A stretch of 64,000 bases of DNA from Paramecium tetraurelia (taxonomy: Eukaryota), in NCBI GenBank assembly GCA_000165425.1, contig CT868064.1, forward strand, positions 1 through 64,000, in the 5' to 3' direction. Within the stretch, counting starts at the first letter, position 1. Each line of letters starts with the position of its first letter. The position numbers were made by a program, and so were the translations under genes. This document shows, in pieces, positions 13,639-27,530 of this stretch. The notes under the pieces were generated by a model. That model did not search any database and had not been told where the DNA came from. It saw only the letters and a list, made by a program, of their open reading frames with translations.

Positions 13639-16600
13639 TCAATTATTAATAAATTAAAGTGTGTAAGCCTTTTGAGACATCGTTTAGAGAGAATGTAAGA
13701 ATCGATACAATTGCTAAATTAATTATTAAATTCTTACTTTGATATTACTAACTTTCTTAAATGACTCTTGTTTTCCAAGATAAAATTTATTAATGTGTTA
13801 AACCCTTTCGAAGTAATGTTATTTGTTGTCAAAGACAATTCTTATAATTTAATTTAATGTATTAATAATTCTAATAATAGTTCACAATGCTCATCCTCAA
13901 ATTGGCATTCATTAAATATTACAACTACAACATTCTAAAATATTTAGTCTGGTTTAATTCTATTGATTAATTATTTTAAGCTTGTTAATTAATATTTAAC
14001 CCTAGTTAAATCAAGTTAAATTAAATTGCAAAATAGAAACCTTGATTATTCTGGCAAATCAAAGTTGATTAGGAAATCATATTTGTATTCAGGAAGTGTT
14101 CTAATAAGTGACTACTTTTTGGTTTTCGAAAATTTTAATTTTTATAATTAAGAGATATTATTGTTGAAGACCTCAAAAAAGTTGTAATAGCTCTATTAAG
14201 TCAAGTTATTTCTTGACAATTCAAGATTCTATATAGTTCTATTTTTATATAATGATTCTATTAATAATTTGCATTTAAAATCATCTAATTTAATATTTGA
14301 TAAATTCAATGTTATTAAACTATTGTTAATTGATATTCCTTAACATAGAATTTCAAACTTTCGCTAATTTATTCTATTTTCGCTTATGTCTAATTCTTAG
14401 AGTTGCTCAGTCTATTATAGTAGTTATTTCAAAACCATAAAGAAATCTAAAGATAAAGTAGATTTCTTAATAATTAAATGTTATAAATTATCTAGAGCTT
14501 TGATTTGGATCAAAGTTGAAAAGGCTTCAAGAATCTCTCTTGATTCAATGAGTTAGTATTCGAGAATAAAAGATTTCAAGTGTTTAGAATAGGTCATTCC
14601 GTGAAGCAGAGTAAGCAAATAATTTTATGATATAAGAGTATTAGAGACTTCAATTACTGATAATGAATTTTGATTTTATTTTATTATCTATTGCAAAAAC
14701 TAATAAGATTCTAGTCTACATTATATCTTATTAATTGTCAACGACTTTACTTCCTTATGATCCTATAATGCTGTAAAATTGTTCATATAATCGATTGAAT
14801 CATTAAGACTAATATCTAATACTTTAAAGGAAGATATATCTGATATGATATCTGATAAAATTAATAAATCATCTGCAGTGAGTTTAAGATTATTTAATAT
14901 TAATTGTGGAAATTATGAGTGCATCTTTTGTATACAATATTTTATATTTTAAAGAGTTTTACCATGTATCCAATTGCTTGATAAGTCCACAATTTACAAA
15001 CTTCTATTCTTAAATATTAAAGGCAATTTCTTGGCTATCATTTCATTTTCATCAATCAAATTATTGCTAATATTTAAATTTCTTAAAGAACAACAATTTT
15101 ACAATCCATTTATGAGAAATTAAATTGAATCTTTCAACTTATTACTTGATAAATTTAAATTCCTTAATGTCGAGTTCTTCCCTAAAGAGCTACTCAATTA
15201 ATCTAAGGATTATTGGTTTAAGGAACCTAAATGGTTTTAAGCTATCTAGAGAGTAGTTAATGTATAAGTTTTTTCAATTAGAATACTCAGCTTCTCAATT
15301 AAAATAGATTGATTTAAGCCACAAGCATTCAGATTGAGGTATTCAAGTCTATTATACTGTTTACACAGTGATTCTAAAATGGGTTACATGATTGAGGGAT
15401 TAGAACTGAAATCTAATTCCTTTAAGTTGGTACATTTAATTTCAAAACAATCTTATTTACCACTTTGAATTTCATTTTCATCATTAAATAGTTGTGATAA
15501 GATTAAGGATTTCAATCTTGATTCCTTCATCATTGAAATTAAAGCATAAACCAAATCATATCTCAATTGATTGTGTGAAAGGTCTAAATATTGCAACCGA
15601 ATTTATTCATGATTAAAAATATAGACCAAAATGCCCTCGCCTGTAATTTGATTTTTGGATACCGACAGACTGGTTAGACTGGTGTTTTCAATCAATGCAT
15701 AAATAATAGAGATAAATCCCTTGGTTTTAATTTTATTATTGGTTAAGTCTAAATACATCCATCTAACTTTATTAGAACTCAACACTTGACTTATCTAATA
15801 AGCTCCTTCAGTATTAATTTGATTACTGGATAAATTTAAGTAGAAAACATTTAGAAAAAAATTGTTAGGTATTTCCTCAATTCTATTATGGGATAGGTCT
15901 ATTCTTAACAATTTCAAATTGAGAACTTATTGATTTTAAAATTCTACTAATTAATTATGAGCTAGATGCAATTCCTCTAATTGAATTTTCATTATTATTT
16001 ATTCCAAAAATTCTGTCTGAGAAATGTGATTTCCATTCAGATTCAATGACTTTATTTTAATTAATCGAACTGACATGAACAACCCTTTAGCTAATAATTC
16101 AATCCCTTCATTTTTAATCTGATTGTATGAAATGTCCAAGTAATCCAAATTGAGTTTACCTGTATAATTGAGCATCATGCTTGATAAGGCGAAGATTCCT
16201 TCTGAATTCAAACTCATCAAGGATAATTTTAAGCGTCTAAATAATGTACAGTATTTAATACCTCAAAGAGCTTAAATGATGAGTTTTATCCATTATTTAG
16301 GCTAATAAAGAGTTTTGAATGTTGCAATGAGATAAATTTATCTCCTATAATTAGTTCTTCCCGCATAAAACATACCTGCAAAAATCTTGGACTATCGCGG
16401 TTGTGAATGCTTAATTGTTAAACAAATTTAGGATCTTCAATCCTGAGTGATCGATCAACTGGTTAATTATATAATATTGATACTGCTCTGAATATACAGC
16501 TTAGTCCAAAAGAATTGATCAAACAGCTCCCTAGGTTTAATATTTATATATTTGTGTTTTTTTATATTAAACCACTAATCTCAATTGCGTAATATACATT

Positions 16601-16839
16601 AATGTTGCATCCTGATAAATTCACTTCACTAATTAGAATATCAAGACTTACATCACTCTGTTGTTTATACTCAAAGTGTTGCATAATGTAGTAAAACAAG
16701 CTAGGGCACCTCGATTTAAATGATAGGCAGCTTCTTCCTAATTTTTATCTAACTCTCTATTCATTTTCATTATAAGTTTCTTAATCAGCTTCTTAAAGTT
16801 AATCTAAGGGGATGATTGATTTTTAACTAAACTACTCAT
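13639..16839 (-). CDS. Large leucine-rich repeat (RNI-like) protein
   Basis: Many LxxLDLSxNxI repeats (LDYLDISYNQIKNEGIELLAKGL; YLDLTNNKIKTKG; LTSLSVSKNQITGEG). Start MSSLVKNQ at 16839. Several tiny introns. Confidence 0.85.
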
Positions 16840-17558
16840 TAATTAATTATTATCATTATCAATTAATAAATACGGGAATCCGCATAAATAAGATTGCACT
16901 TTCTAACAATAATATCACTTGGGTTAAAATATCAACATCAAATTCCATCTTCCTTTGAAAAATGGATAATTCCATTAATTTAGTGCTTTATGGGCTATCA
17001 TTTGTAGAGTAGGAGAGAATCATAATTTTAATGAAAATCTTGTTCCATCAATATTCTACTTAAAATAATATTATTAAATACTAGCTTATCAAATATTATC
17101 ACAGTAAACCTGTGTTTTAGTAACTAATAAGATAAGAGTTTAATATATAGTTCTGAATTTAAATGATAGATAATGAATATAAATATCAATATCAGAAATG
17201 CTTTACCAATATTACTTAAATTTTCAGTAAATAGAAATCAGGTATCTAATCAAATTAGATTTGATAGTTGAATTTGTAACTATTTTTTAGGAATTGAATA
17301 GGTAAATGAACTTATATAAGTAAATGTGCATAATTAAATTTCACCTTTTGTACATATTTTTACAATTATAAATTAAAAAATCGAATTTCATATTTTATAC
17401 CTAATCAATCTTAGTATTTGAATGAGCATCACTCCAAATACTAGGTTGTTTTTGAATTTTCTTGTAAATTTATCTTAAAAATACATTTTTAGATAGTATT
17501 ATTTTTATATTATATATATATCATTAATAATTTAATAGTAATATAAACTTAATTATAA

Positions 17559-18748
17559 ATGAAAAGTACATATTTAATCAAAGATGTTATTTATGAGAAG
17601 AACCAAGAGAGATAATTTTAATTTCATAAGAACAAGTTAAAGGAGATACTTACATAAGTATTTTATCAAATAATACGATTAGCCTTTGTAATTGAATTCG
17701 GAGGGGATTATGTAAAAATTAAAACACAAGCATGAATAGATGAAATTAACTCAATAATTCTAAACTCAAGAATAAAACATAGAAAAATCTAGAATAGACA
17801 AGAACTTAATGTTAAAACTATTAAACAACAATAATAAATCAATTAATGGTGCATAATCAACAACACGTTCAATTAATAGAAATTCTAAAATCAATATGTA
17901 TTTGAACACAATAAATAATGAAAACAAAAGCCTTGCAATTAGAATATATTCACTACCATCAGTAATTAATTCTTAGAGACACCAACAAGAATATTAGAAC
18001 CATAAATCTGACCTAAAAATTATGTAGAGATTCCACAAATAAAAATTGTATTCAAATTAGGATCTCATGACTCAATAAATTTAAACCATATTAGGAAAGG
18101 GATTTGAAGGATCAAAATATTAGAACTTGAATTTTCTCAAACAAATTGGAAAACAAAACAAAGTCTTATTTTTAACTCCACTCTAATTGAGATTGTTTTC
18201 AAAGTTAAGTAACAATAACAATAATCCACCTCATTTCTAATTGAAAGCATTTAATGAATCTAAATATTTGGGAGAATCTAAATCCTTATAGCTTAATGAT
18301 TTTCTTGGTTCTTTATTTGGAATTGTAGTTTCATAAGATGTTTATACAATTAAATTTACGCTTTATAAAATTAAACAAAACGAGGATGTAAATAATATTA
18401 AAATTGTGTTTAGTTTGAGTTAGGACACTTTCTCTTCACTGAATCTGCTTCCCCAATAAAAACAAAGTAATTAAGAGAGAACTTGTAAGCCTAAATCAAT
18501 GATCCAATCGAATGCTATGTAAAAAAGGAGATAAACAACGAGCAGATTTGTGTGGGATTATTTGAATACTAGATAATTTAATTTTGTTATTGTGTAAATA
18601 AAAAGTATGTAACCATTCATTTACTAGTCCATAAATAAAGAAGGACAATTTGTTATAACCATAATATCTAATTGAAGTTGTATAACCATCCCCATAAAAA
18701 TCAGCTTAAAAGAGTTTATCTGAAATGGATAAATTGTAACTAGATTGA
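17559..18748 (+). CDS. Hypothetical protein with a CFAP97/KIAA1430-like N-terminal region and a possible C2-like C-terminal region
   Basis: FHKNKLKEIL...RIDKNLMLKLL...INNENKSLAIRIYSLPS resembles the CFAP97 motif pattern. The 3' end depends on intron choice (18675 or 18748). Confidence 0.5.
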
Positions 18749-19187
18749 TATTTATTTTACATATAATGTGTATTAATAGTTTTGTTAATCTATAAAACTT
18801 ACTAATTATTATCACCAATCAATTACTTTAAAATAATGGTGATATGCTGAAGATTTAATAATGAACCTAACAAAAATCTGATGCAAGTTTAAATTAATCC
18901 GAATCAGCATTTTTCCCTCTTTAATTATGCAAGAGAAATAATGAGTGTAAGGTTACATTATTGAAAATTGAAAACATAAAATTGCATATTATTGAATTAA
19001 AAATTAAATATTTAATAACAAATCATTATGGACAAATTGATTACATAAAATTCAATAACGAATTCACTAAACCTTTTTATAATCTAAATAAAACCAAATG
19101 TTACTTCTATTTACTGTTTAGACTAAGAGTAGTGTCTAAAGAAAAGCTAAATTTTTTATCATTCATTTGTTTTTATTATAATAATAT

Positions 19188-20480
19188 ATGCACAGTAATT
19201 TGGAATTCAGTTGCAGAATTCCTCACCACTAAATAGTCAACAAGAAAATTGTCTATGTCATGATATTCATTTCGCACTCTTATTGCTCTGCAAAGGTCTA
19301 ACATCTTAGATATTCAGATGCTGAAAAATTGCATATGAAATTGGATAAGTCATTATAATAATTGCGTATTTCGGTCAATTTACCTTAATTTCCTGGCAAG
19401 AAACTATTTGGTAGTCATAATGATTCAGAATAAGGAATTTTAAGGCGTGTATATGTTATTATCATTTATCATTAGAGAACTGAATTACAAGACTATTTCA
19501 ACCAATTACTTAAAATTGATAAACTATATTCCATCCCTTATATGAAATCCATGTTGCCCAATATCATTGAGAATAAAAATGAAATTACTTAATTCTCTTA
19601 GAATAAGTATTATAATATAATAAATGCACTTAGACCAGAATAATAATACAACTTTATTATTGATTCATTCTAGCAATTAGACACGTTTGTACTGTATTTC
19701 GTTCAAGTTCTAGATAATTTTAATAAAACTAAATGGAGATTCAAAACTAGATATTCAGATTTGAGAGATATTCACTAAGCTCTTAAGGAATAAATCAAAG
19801 TTAATATACCTGAATTCCCTAAAAGGAAGATTTTTGGAATCACAAATGATGATCCCTAAGAAATTGAAAATAGAAAAAGAAATTTAGAAATCTATTTAAA
19901 TTCTATTTACGCGTATTCCATTTATATCTAATTAGAGTATTCCAGAATTATCATGTACAGATATTTTAGATTACTTCATTCAAAATAGTAGAAGGGAATC
20001 CTAAAAACTATAAAAATTTGATGAATAAAAATTGCTATTAAAATTAGTATATAATAATTCTAAATTCATTAGAAACTTCAACAAAAATAATAAAAACAGT
20101 AATAAATAGAACAATTGTAAAAAAAACTATTGAATATTGAAAATCCAGATAGTGATGATAAAACAGAAAAGCAATCTTTGAAACTAATCTCATAAATCCC
20201 TAGAAAAGGACTATTCGTCATTAAAGAGCTAATAGATAAATATGAGGATGATAATACTACGTTAGTAAGATACGGTTGCTTATCTACTCAAACATTAAAT
20301 ACTGTAGGTATTAATCAAATGTCTTCAATTTCTTTACAAGAGAATCCATGCGAGAAGGAGAACTTATAAATAACTACACAACCTAAAGCAGGATAAATTA
20401 TCATAAATGACCTCAAAAATGATATTTTAACATAATTTGAAGATAGAAAAGAGGATGTTTAATCAACCGATTAAAAATGA
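19188..20480 (+). CDS. Tandem PX (phox) domain protein
   Basis: PX1: LRYSDAEKLH..LPQFPGKKLFG..RRTELQDYFNQLL. PX2: WRFKTRYSDLRDIH..IPEFPKRKIFG..ENRKRNLEIYLN. Two tiny introns. Confidence 0.85.
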
Positions 20481-20910
20481 TAAAAGAATTTAAAAACAAT
20501 TTAAATTTCTTTATTTATTTAATTATTTGAATATCTAGTTGTTCTTTTTTCATATGATATAAGTCAATATAATAAGAATGATCCTACCTTTAATAAAGTA
20601 GATGCAACATAAAGAAAATGAGTTATTTTTATTTTTCTTAAGGAACCTTATTCAAAATCGTCATTAAATAGATGGAAATATTTTGATTAATTAAAGAATC
20701 AGATATATAAAGGTTGTCACTTGTTGGATAGTGCTATGATTAATTATGATACTTCTAAAAGTAAGATAACTATTTCACTTAATTATATAATCTATAATTT
20801 TGAAAAATAAATTTAATATTTCAGTGAATTATAGTCCATTCTATATTATAATCCTTTTAAAAGTATTATATGGAATTCAAATATATAATATATTTTAATA
20901 AGTTGCATCA

Positions 20911-21158
20911 ATGAGCGAATTAAAAAAAATTGATGATGATTATTATTTCAGATTGAATGACATTTTTAGCATCTGGTTAATGAAAAAGCAAAACGCTCAC
21001 TTCAAGGATCTTTCATACAAAGACGGCAAGAAGAAATTTAAAAATTTTGTAAAAGGTACAATAATCAAAAACTCGATCCATTATATTATGAACACAATAA
21101 ATTGATTGAAAAGTATTAATCAGATATCCAATCTAAACACAAATGGAATTTTAAATGA
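20911..21158 (+). pseudogene. Small SCI1 (style cell-cycle inhibitor 1)-like conserved domain gene with a 1-nt frameshift
   Basis: IDDDYYFRLNDIFSIWL..HFKDLSYKDGKKKFKNFVK continues as (R)YNNQKLDPLYY...HKWNFK-TGA only if one A is added in gtaaaagg at 21049-21056. Confidence 0.6.
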
Positions 21159-21356
21159 GTTAATTAGTCATTTTAATGAAATTATTAGCTATATTTATAT
21201 AAATTCATCTCTGAATTGAAATTCAATCGAAAATTTAGTTTAATAGTTACAATGATGATTTTGAATTAATAAGATATCAAGATATGATTTATTGAGAATA
21301 CTCCATTTAGAATAACTCTATTTAATAGTTGATTAAAATATAAAATATCAAAAAAT

Positions 21357-23125
21357 ATGATTATGGAAAACTTGCTAGATCAGACTCATCGTAATACGAG
21401 AAGAGGCATTGTTTTCTCCCATACTCGCAAGACTTTTACGATAAAGCCAGACTCTCCAAAAACAAGAGAGGCATGCCTGGCATTAGGCTATGATCCTCAA
21501 ATATTTTAATTAAAGTAGTTGCTTGTAATCATAAGATTTTAGAACTTTTGAGGAGTTTGCAGAACCTGGTCTGAGTGAAAACGTTCAAAAAATGAGATAT
21601 GATCATTACATGAAAAAGACTGAAAGTAAAACGGAAAATGGATTAAAATAGGTGCTTTACAAGAAATTAGCAAGATGCGTAGAGTGATTATCAAGAAATA
21701 AAAAGCCATTACAAATCTACATCTGGAGAAGAGTTATTAACGAGATGAGGAGTATGAGAATGTAATTATTTAAGATTAGTAAATGATTTGATTGAAACCT
21801 ACAATAAGAAGATGAGTAACATAAATAATGAAGAGAAGGATAACTCCTATCTTTCTTTTGATGATGAAGATCCAATACTTGTTCTGGAATAACAACTCGA
21901 AAAGGAGATTACAAAATATAAAAAGTAATTGCAAGTGAAAGCCAAGGAAGTATAACATTAATTAGAGAATGAAAAAAAAAGATAAAAGTTATAACATGAT
22001 ATGAATGAAAGAGAGAAGAAAATTGAGGAATTATAATAAAAAATAGCACATTAGAAGGAACTGAAAAAGAAAGAATAGAAACGTGCAGCCTAGAAAAAGT
22101 ATAATGAGATCAAAGAGAAAGAAAGGGAAAAATAAAGAAAATTACTTGAAGACAAATAAAAGTAAGCTGAAAAATTTGAGAAAATGTAACTCATTTATAA
22201 CTATATATAAGTCGTAAGAAATTGGAAGAAGATGAACTATAGCAAAAGAAAGAATTAGAGGAATAAGAGAGAAGATATCAAGAAAGAAGACATATTATCC
22301 AACAAAGAAAACAAATTTAAGATAAAGAATATAACCAACATTTGGCTTCAACTATGAATTAAATTGAGTAGAAGTGGGCTGAAACCTCCCAAAACAAAGA
22401 TAGATAGATATGGGAATCTAAATTGGAAAGATTAACTATGAGAAGTACCTTACATGAGGAAAAGTTAAGATAATATAAACTCAAAACACAATAAAGAGAA
22501 GAATCCTTGATGCAATCAATTGTTAAGAAATTAGCTCATAAAGAAGAGGATTTAAAAGGTTTATTCATTGTCTTAATTAATAGCATTAAGAGAATCAAGA
22601 GAAAAGGAGGAATAAATGAGAATCAAAGAAGAAAAATTGAGAAAAAAGAAAATTGAAAAAAGTCTAAAGAACATCAAATCATAATAATTTGATAAAGTAG
22701 AAACCTTGTAAAAGAAGTTTTAATTGCTTGAAGATTACTCAGAAAAAAGAAAAGAAGAATAAGAAAATTAGAAATACATAAAAAAAGAAAAAATGAAATT
22801 AAAATAATAAGACTTAATTGAAAATTATTAAAGATAGGAGAGATTAAAGGATCTAAAATTTAAGTAATTGATTAAATCTACTTAATAATTAAATGAATAA
22901 AAATCATTAGAAAAGATGTCTGGAGAACTTGTACGTAGAGCCTAATAAGAACTATAAAGAAAGTTAAAGAAAGATGCTGAAAATTTAGATTAAAGTTTAG
23001 TAAGTGTGAGTTAAGCAGATGAAAAAGTTCTGAAGTAAATTAAAATAAATATTTCTAGTTAAATGGTCAGTTAGCTTGAAAAGAATTTATCAAATCTGGC
23101 TCAAAATTCTAAAATATTAAATTGA
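21357..23125 (+). CDS. Coiled-coil K/E/Q-rich protein
   Basis: N-terminal DSPKTREACLALGYDP..KTFEEF..MRYDHY, then long charged helices. Several tiny introns. TGA at 23123-23125. Confidence 0.75.
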
Positions 23126-23199
23126 CTATATCTTTTGTGATGTCGTTGTATAAATTATAATAAACTTTTATTTGATTATTAATTTATTCATAAAAGACA

Positions 23200-24200
23200 T
23201 CTTTCTGGAGTTTGAACTATTTGATCATCTCTTGCCTTAGGCCTTACAAATAGAAGGAGTGGATTTAATAAAAATGAGCATAGAAAAAATACGAAATTAA
23301 TCCTGATTTCTTACTAAAGGAGGATTTTAGATTAAAAACTTAAAAACTTATTTAAAGAATTTAAAAAAAAATAAACCATTTGATAAGAAATTTGAAAGAG
23401 ATCTCCCTCAAAAAAATTAAGAAAGAATCAAAAGACTTTTAATTGTAGATTTTTCAAAGACTGATCCAAACAATTAACAAACAACATTTATTAGGACATT
23501 AAATTAATAATTGTTCTACCAAAAATAAGAAAAACTTGAGAATAACGTCATCATCTATAATAGATCAATTGATAGAGTGGACATAAAATAATAGAATTAT
23601 ATTAACTAATAAATTTAGATATCAAAGAAAATAATATGAGTCTGTGATAATAGTGAGTATAATTGTTGGTCTGATTGAGCAACTATAGTGAAACATATTA
23701 TCTACTAAAATTGATTAGTCTTGAAGTTTAGGATAATGAGATACCACTTTTTACTTACCTTAAAGAATTTTCTATAAAGGAATCAAAAATCATGTTTGAC
23801 TTTTTTTAAATGAAAAATTAACAACGAATAGAATAGATTTAGGTTAAACTATGAGTAATAATATTGCTTATCAAAAAATTGATTAATAGAGAAAGCAATA
23901 ATAACTAATAAAATATTTACTATTTTTTGTAATATAGACTATTAAATAAGAATTTATTTAAAAATGAGAAATAAGAAATAAGAAATAAATAATGAGGTCT
24001 AATGTGAATATTACCAAAAAAATCTACTTTTTAATTCCTAAGATAATATAAATGAATGTTTACAAAATTAGAATTAATGAGTAAAATGAGATAAATTTGA
24101 CACAGAATTTAATACAAGAATACAGATAGGCAATAATTAATAGAGATTTTGATGAGAATTTATCATAATTAATTTATAGAATTTATGATTGTTTTATTTT
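23200..24200 (+). pseudogene. Probable decayed gene remnant
   Basis: About 1 kb with coding-like purine-rich composition, but TGA stops break the frames I tried and I found no consistent intron solution. Confidence 0.3.
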
Positions 24201-24207
24201 TGTTTGA

Positions 24208-25369
24208 TCACACAACTATTTCCATAAGTGCTGCTCTAGTCCTATCATTGAAATTGTTTTCAAATAGTTCCAACAACTAAAGTACAATCTAGATTTATTC
24301 GTTTCTAGCAACTCTAGCTTGTTCAGCTGCATTGTTGTCTTCCTTGCAAGCCACTTCAAATGATTTTCTTTCAATTTCTTTGTTGTCATATATGATTTAT
24401 TAAAGCAGAGCTTGTTATTAGAGATCTTCTAATCTTTATTAAGCAAATTCAGCAGCAGCTTAGTCATCAGCAATTTGACCAGACAATCTAACATTTTCTT
24501 TTTAAAGACGATTTCTAAGAAAGAATATAGAAAGAATACATACAAGTCTTATTAGAAGAACTTCTCAGCCCAATCTTCAGCATACATTTCTCTCTTTTAT
24601 ACATCATAAATGCTTTCAATCAAATCGTTGATGATATCAACAATCACTTAGACGTTGTCATTGTCTGAATGTATTTTAGCATCAGAGCATAATTCCATAA
24701 GTAATGAAGTGATACTTTTGAATTCTGAATTTTGGGCATAGTTCTTCACTAGGAATATGATTCATATATTTACCTAATTATTCATGATGGTCTTTTAATT
24801 GAACTAAAGCACCTCCTGGATGTGGTGTTTATAATTATCTGATGATTTGTTATGCTTGTTTTAAACCATTGATTAAACCAATCAGTTCATCTCTTTTTTA
24901 TTCATATAATTGATGCTCTTTTCTTCTTTGTTCAGAAAAGTTTAATTATAATTGATCATTTCTTTAGATTTCAGCATTCTTTTATTCAACCTAATTCACT
25001 TTATTGGCTAATTCTTCTTATTTTCCTGGGATTTACCTTTCGTAATCAGCTTTGGCTACAACAGCTTTTTCTTGAATCGAATTAATTAATGAGAACTGAT
25101 CAGCGCATTAAGCCTATCTTTCTCCATTAGCTTTACTAGATCGTGCATCTTCATCTCTTAAATCATAGAAAAGCTTGTTCAACATAGTGTAAATTTATCT
25201 GGCAGCATTTCTAATACAAATTAATGTTAGACAAGTACTCTTATGTAAGTTCTAGCTGAATGGTCTGTAGTATTTGACGACCAAAACTATTTGAAGCTAC
25301 TTGTTGTAAAAATTCTGGTTGTTGACCTAAAGTGCAGACCAGAAGGATAACCAAGATTACTATTTTCAT
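24208..25369 (-). CDS. TMP: Trichocyst matrix protein (TMP) family precursor
   Basis: MKIVILVILLVCTLG signal, FLQQVASNSFGRQILQTIQLEL, heptad helices with Cys, three tiny introns. Ends RAALMEIVV-TGA. Confidence 0.8.
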
Positions 25370-25442
25370 TTGGAATAATAAAAAACGAATACAGAAAATG
25401 CAAATAATGATAAAATTGTATAATACTATATAGATAATCAAT

Positions 25443-27514
25443 TCATTGTATTCCTATTTATCTAAAGAATGCCTTGACTTGACTATAATCTAATTCAGTC
25501 AAATTATTGTTATGACCACAGTCTACATTAATCAATTGTCCAATTTTAGTAATGTAATGGGAAGTCAATTTCATTTCAATGTTGGCTCCTCTTTCAGTAG
25601 ATTCATTTAAATTATATGTCTGTTAGGTATCATCCATATATTCTGAGAACCTGTCAACAATTTTGTTGAATTGATCTAATATTATTTAACCATCTAGTTT
25701 TAACTAATATATTAAAGAAATATACATTCGCCCAATCATGTTGATTTCCCTGCAAATTTAAAAACTCAGTCATGGCTTACCTATAAATTGAATATTGTTA
25801 AATAAAATTATGTTGATAGTCATGCATTCCAAAAGTAAAGCAGCACGCAAAGAAGCATTAGACCTTCTCTTCAAAATTATCTTAGCTGTAAATCAATAAT
25901 TCTATCAAAGCTGTATTGCCGTACTTTAAGGAATACATAATTTCAATCATCGAATACAAGAGTGGCTGTAATCTTTCCAATTCTTCAGCAGTAATCAATT
26001 CAACATAATTTTATTAATTGTGCAAATGTTAATTAATGTTGATATTGATCAAAGTTCTATCTTGTGGATTTTCCAATTGTTATTCCAATTTATTCAATTT
26101 TACTATTAAACTAACTACTCTATTCAAACTGTTCAATAGAATTCTCATTTACTAACGGTTGAGAATATTTGAGTTGAAGAATTTTTAAAAACTAACAGAC
26201 TCTTGATCCAACGCAGATGTAATCTTGTTAAAATATTTCTCCTTATAAGGACTGAACCACTCTCTTGCTACTGCTACTTGCAATTAAGCAACATAAGGAA
26301 TGATTTCATCCTTGGAATCCTGCACAATCAATTTATGTCCCCTATAATTCCAATAGTTCATATATTAAGGTTTGTCCCAATCAGTTATTATGTTAAGTAG
26401 CATCCTTATGCGACTGCTAAAACACTTCGAAGCTACTTATCCTAGAGATGAAAATGTTCTATCGACAATTAAAAAATCCAGATTGTTTAACAAAGCCACT
26501 TCCCCAGCTATTGATCCACCTAATGAATATCCTTAGATTCCAAACCGCATTATATTGAAGTGTTCTCTGAAGTAATTGACAATTGTGTTTGCATCTGAGA
26601 GGAGAGCTTTTGGATGAAGTTGGCCAGTACTTTAACCATATTGTCTATAATTCCACACAATCACATTTATTTTATTGTATTCATAGAATCTAAACCAATT
26701 ACACTAGAAATAGCGATTTCATATTACATCGTAGAACATATACTCGTAATATCCACCGTTTGGATTACAAAAGAGAACTGTGTTATTGGGTTGACCATCT
26801 AATTGATTGATCAAGTACATGCAATCAATTTTAGACTATCCATTCATGATCATCACTCTCTTTGCATTTTGATTCTTCAATTATATCATAGCTCTAAATT
26901 CATTTAAGCCACCAAATAGTTCTAAGGTGCACCACCTGTTTAATTTTTTGAAACCCGTTAATTCTTGCACATGCTTATTTGCAATATTGTAGATGGCATC
27001 CAAATTGATTATCAAATAATCAACATATTTTTATTCGATCTGATTACCTTTCAATATTTACTCTAAGAGAAATTGACTGTTGCTTTAAGTTCGAAGTATT
27101 GAAAGTATTTATTTAAGACAATTGTGGTATTCTTATTATAATTTGCTTAGGCTCTACATTGTTTAAAATATCTATCCCTATGTCTCAAACCATTATATAA
27201 TGTTTATGTTCGGCTACTTGCGTTGGTATATCATGTCTTCGAATTCCTTGACCTATTATTAGACTATCTAAATAATTCGAACCAATCCTTACTTTAGCAT
27301 GTAACAATCCTTGATTATTTTAATTGATTCTTTAGTACAATCTAAATGAGCCAGGGTAGATCAAGGCCTGGCAGATCAATCTCAAGAATAGGTAGAGGAT
27401 TCCCAATAGGAATATTAAACTGAGAGTAAAGTCAAGGAATAAGTGAAGAACACTAAATGTTCCAAATATAAATAGTATAACTATGGCGTAAAGGCAAATA
27501 ATGTGAGTATCCGT
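25443..27514 (-). CDS. Membrane-anchored alpha/beta hydrolase (ABHD12/13-like); start codon uncertain
   Basis: N-terminal TM helices and LIYPGS, then TVLFCNPNGGYYE, WNYRQYGQSTG, nucleophile motif GYSLGG, DRTFSS, KDEIIP and a C-terminal CGHN. Confidence 0.8.
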
Positions 27515-27530
27515 TTTAATATTAATAATA

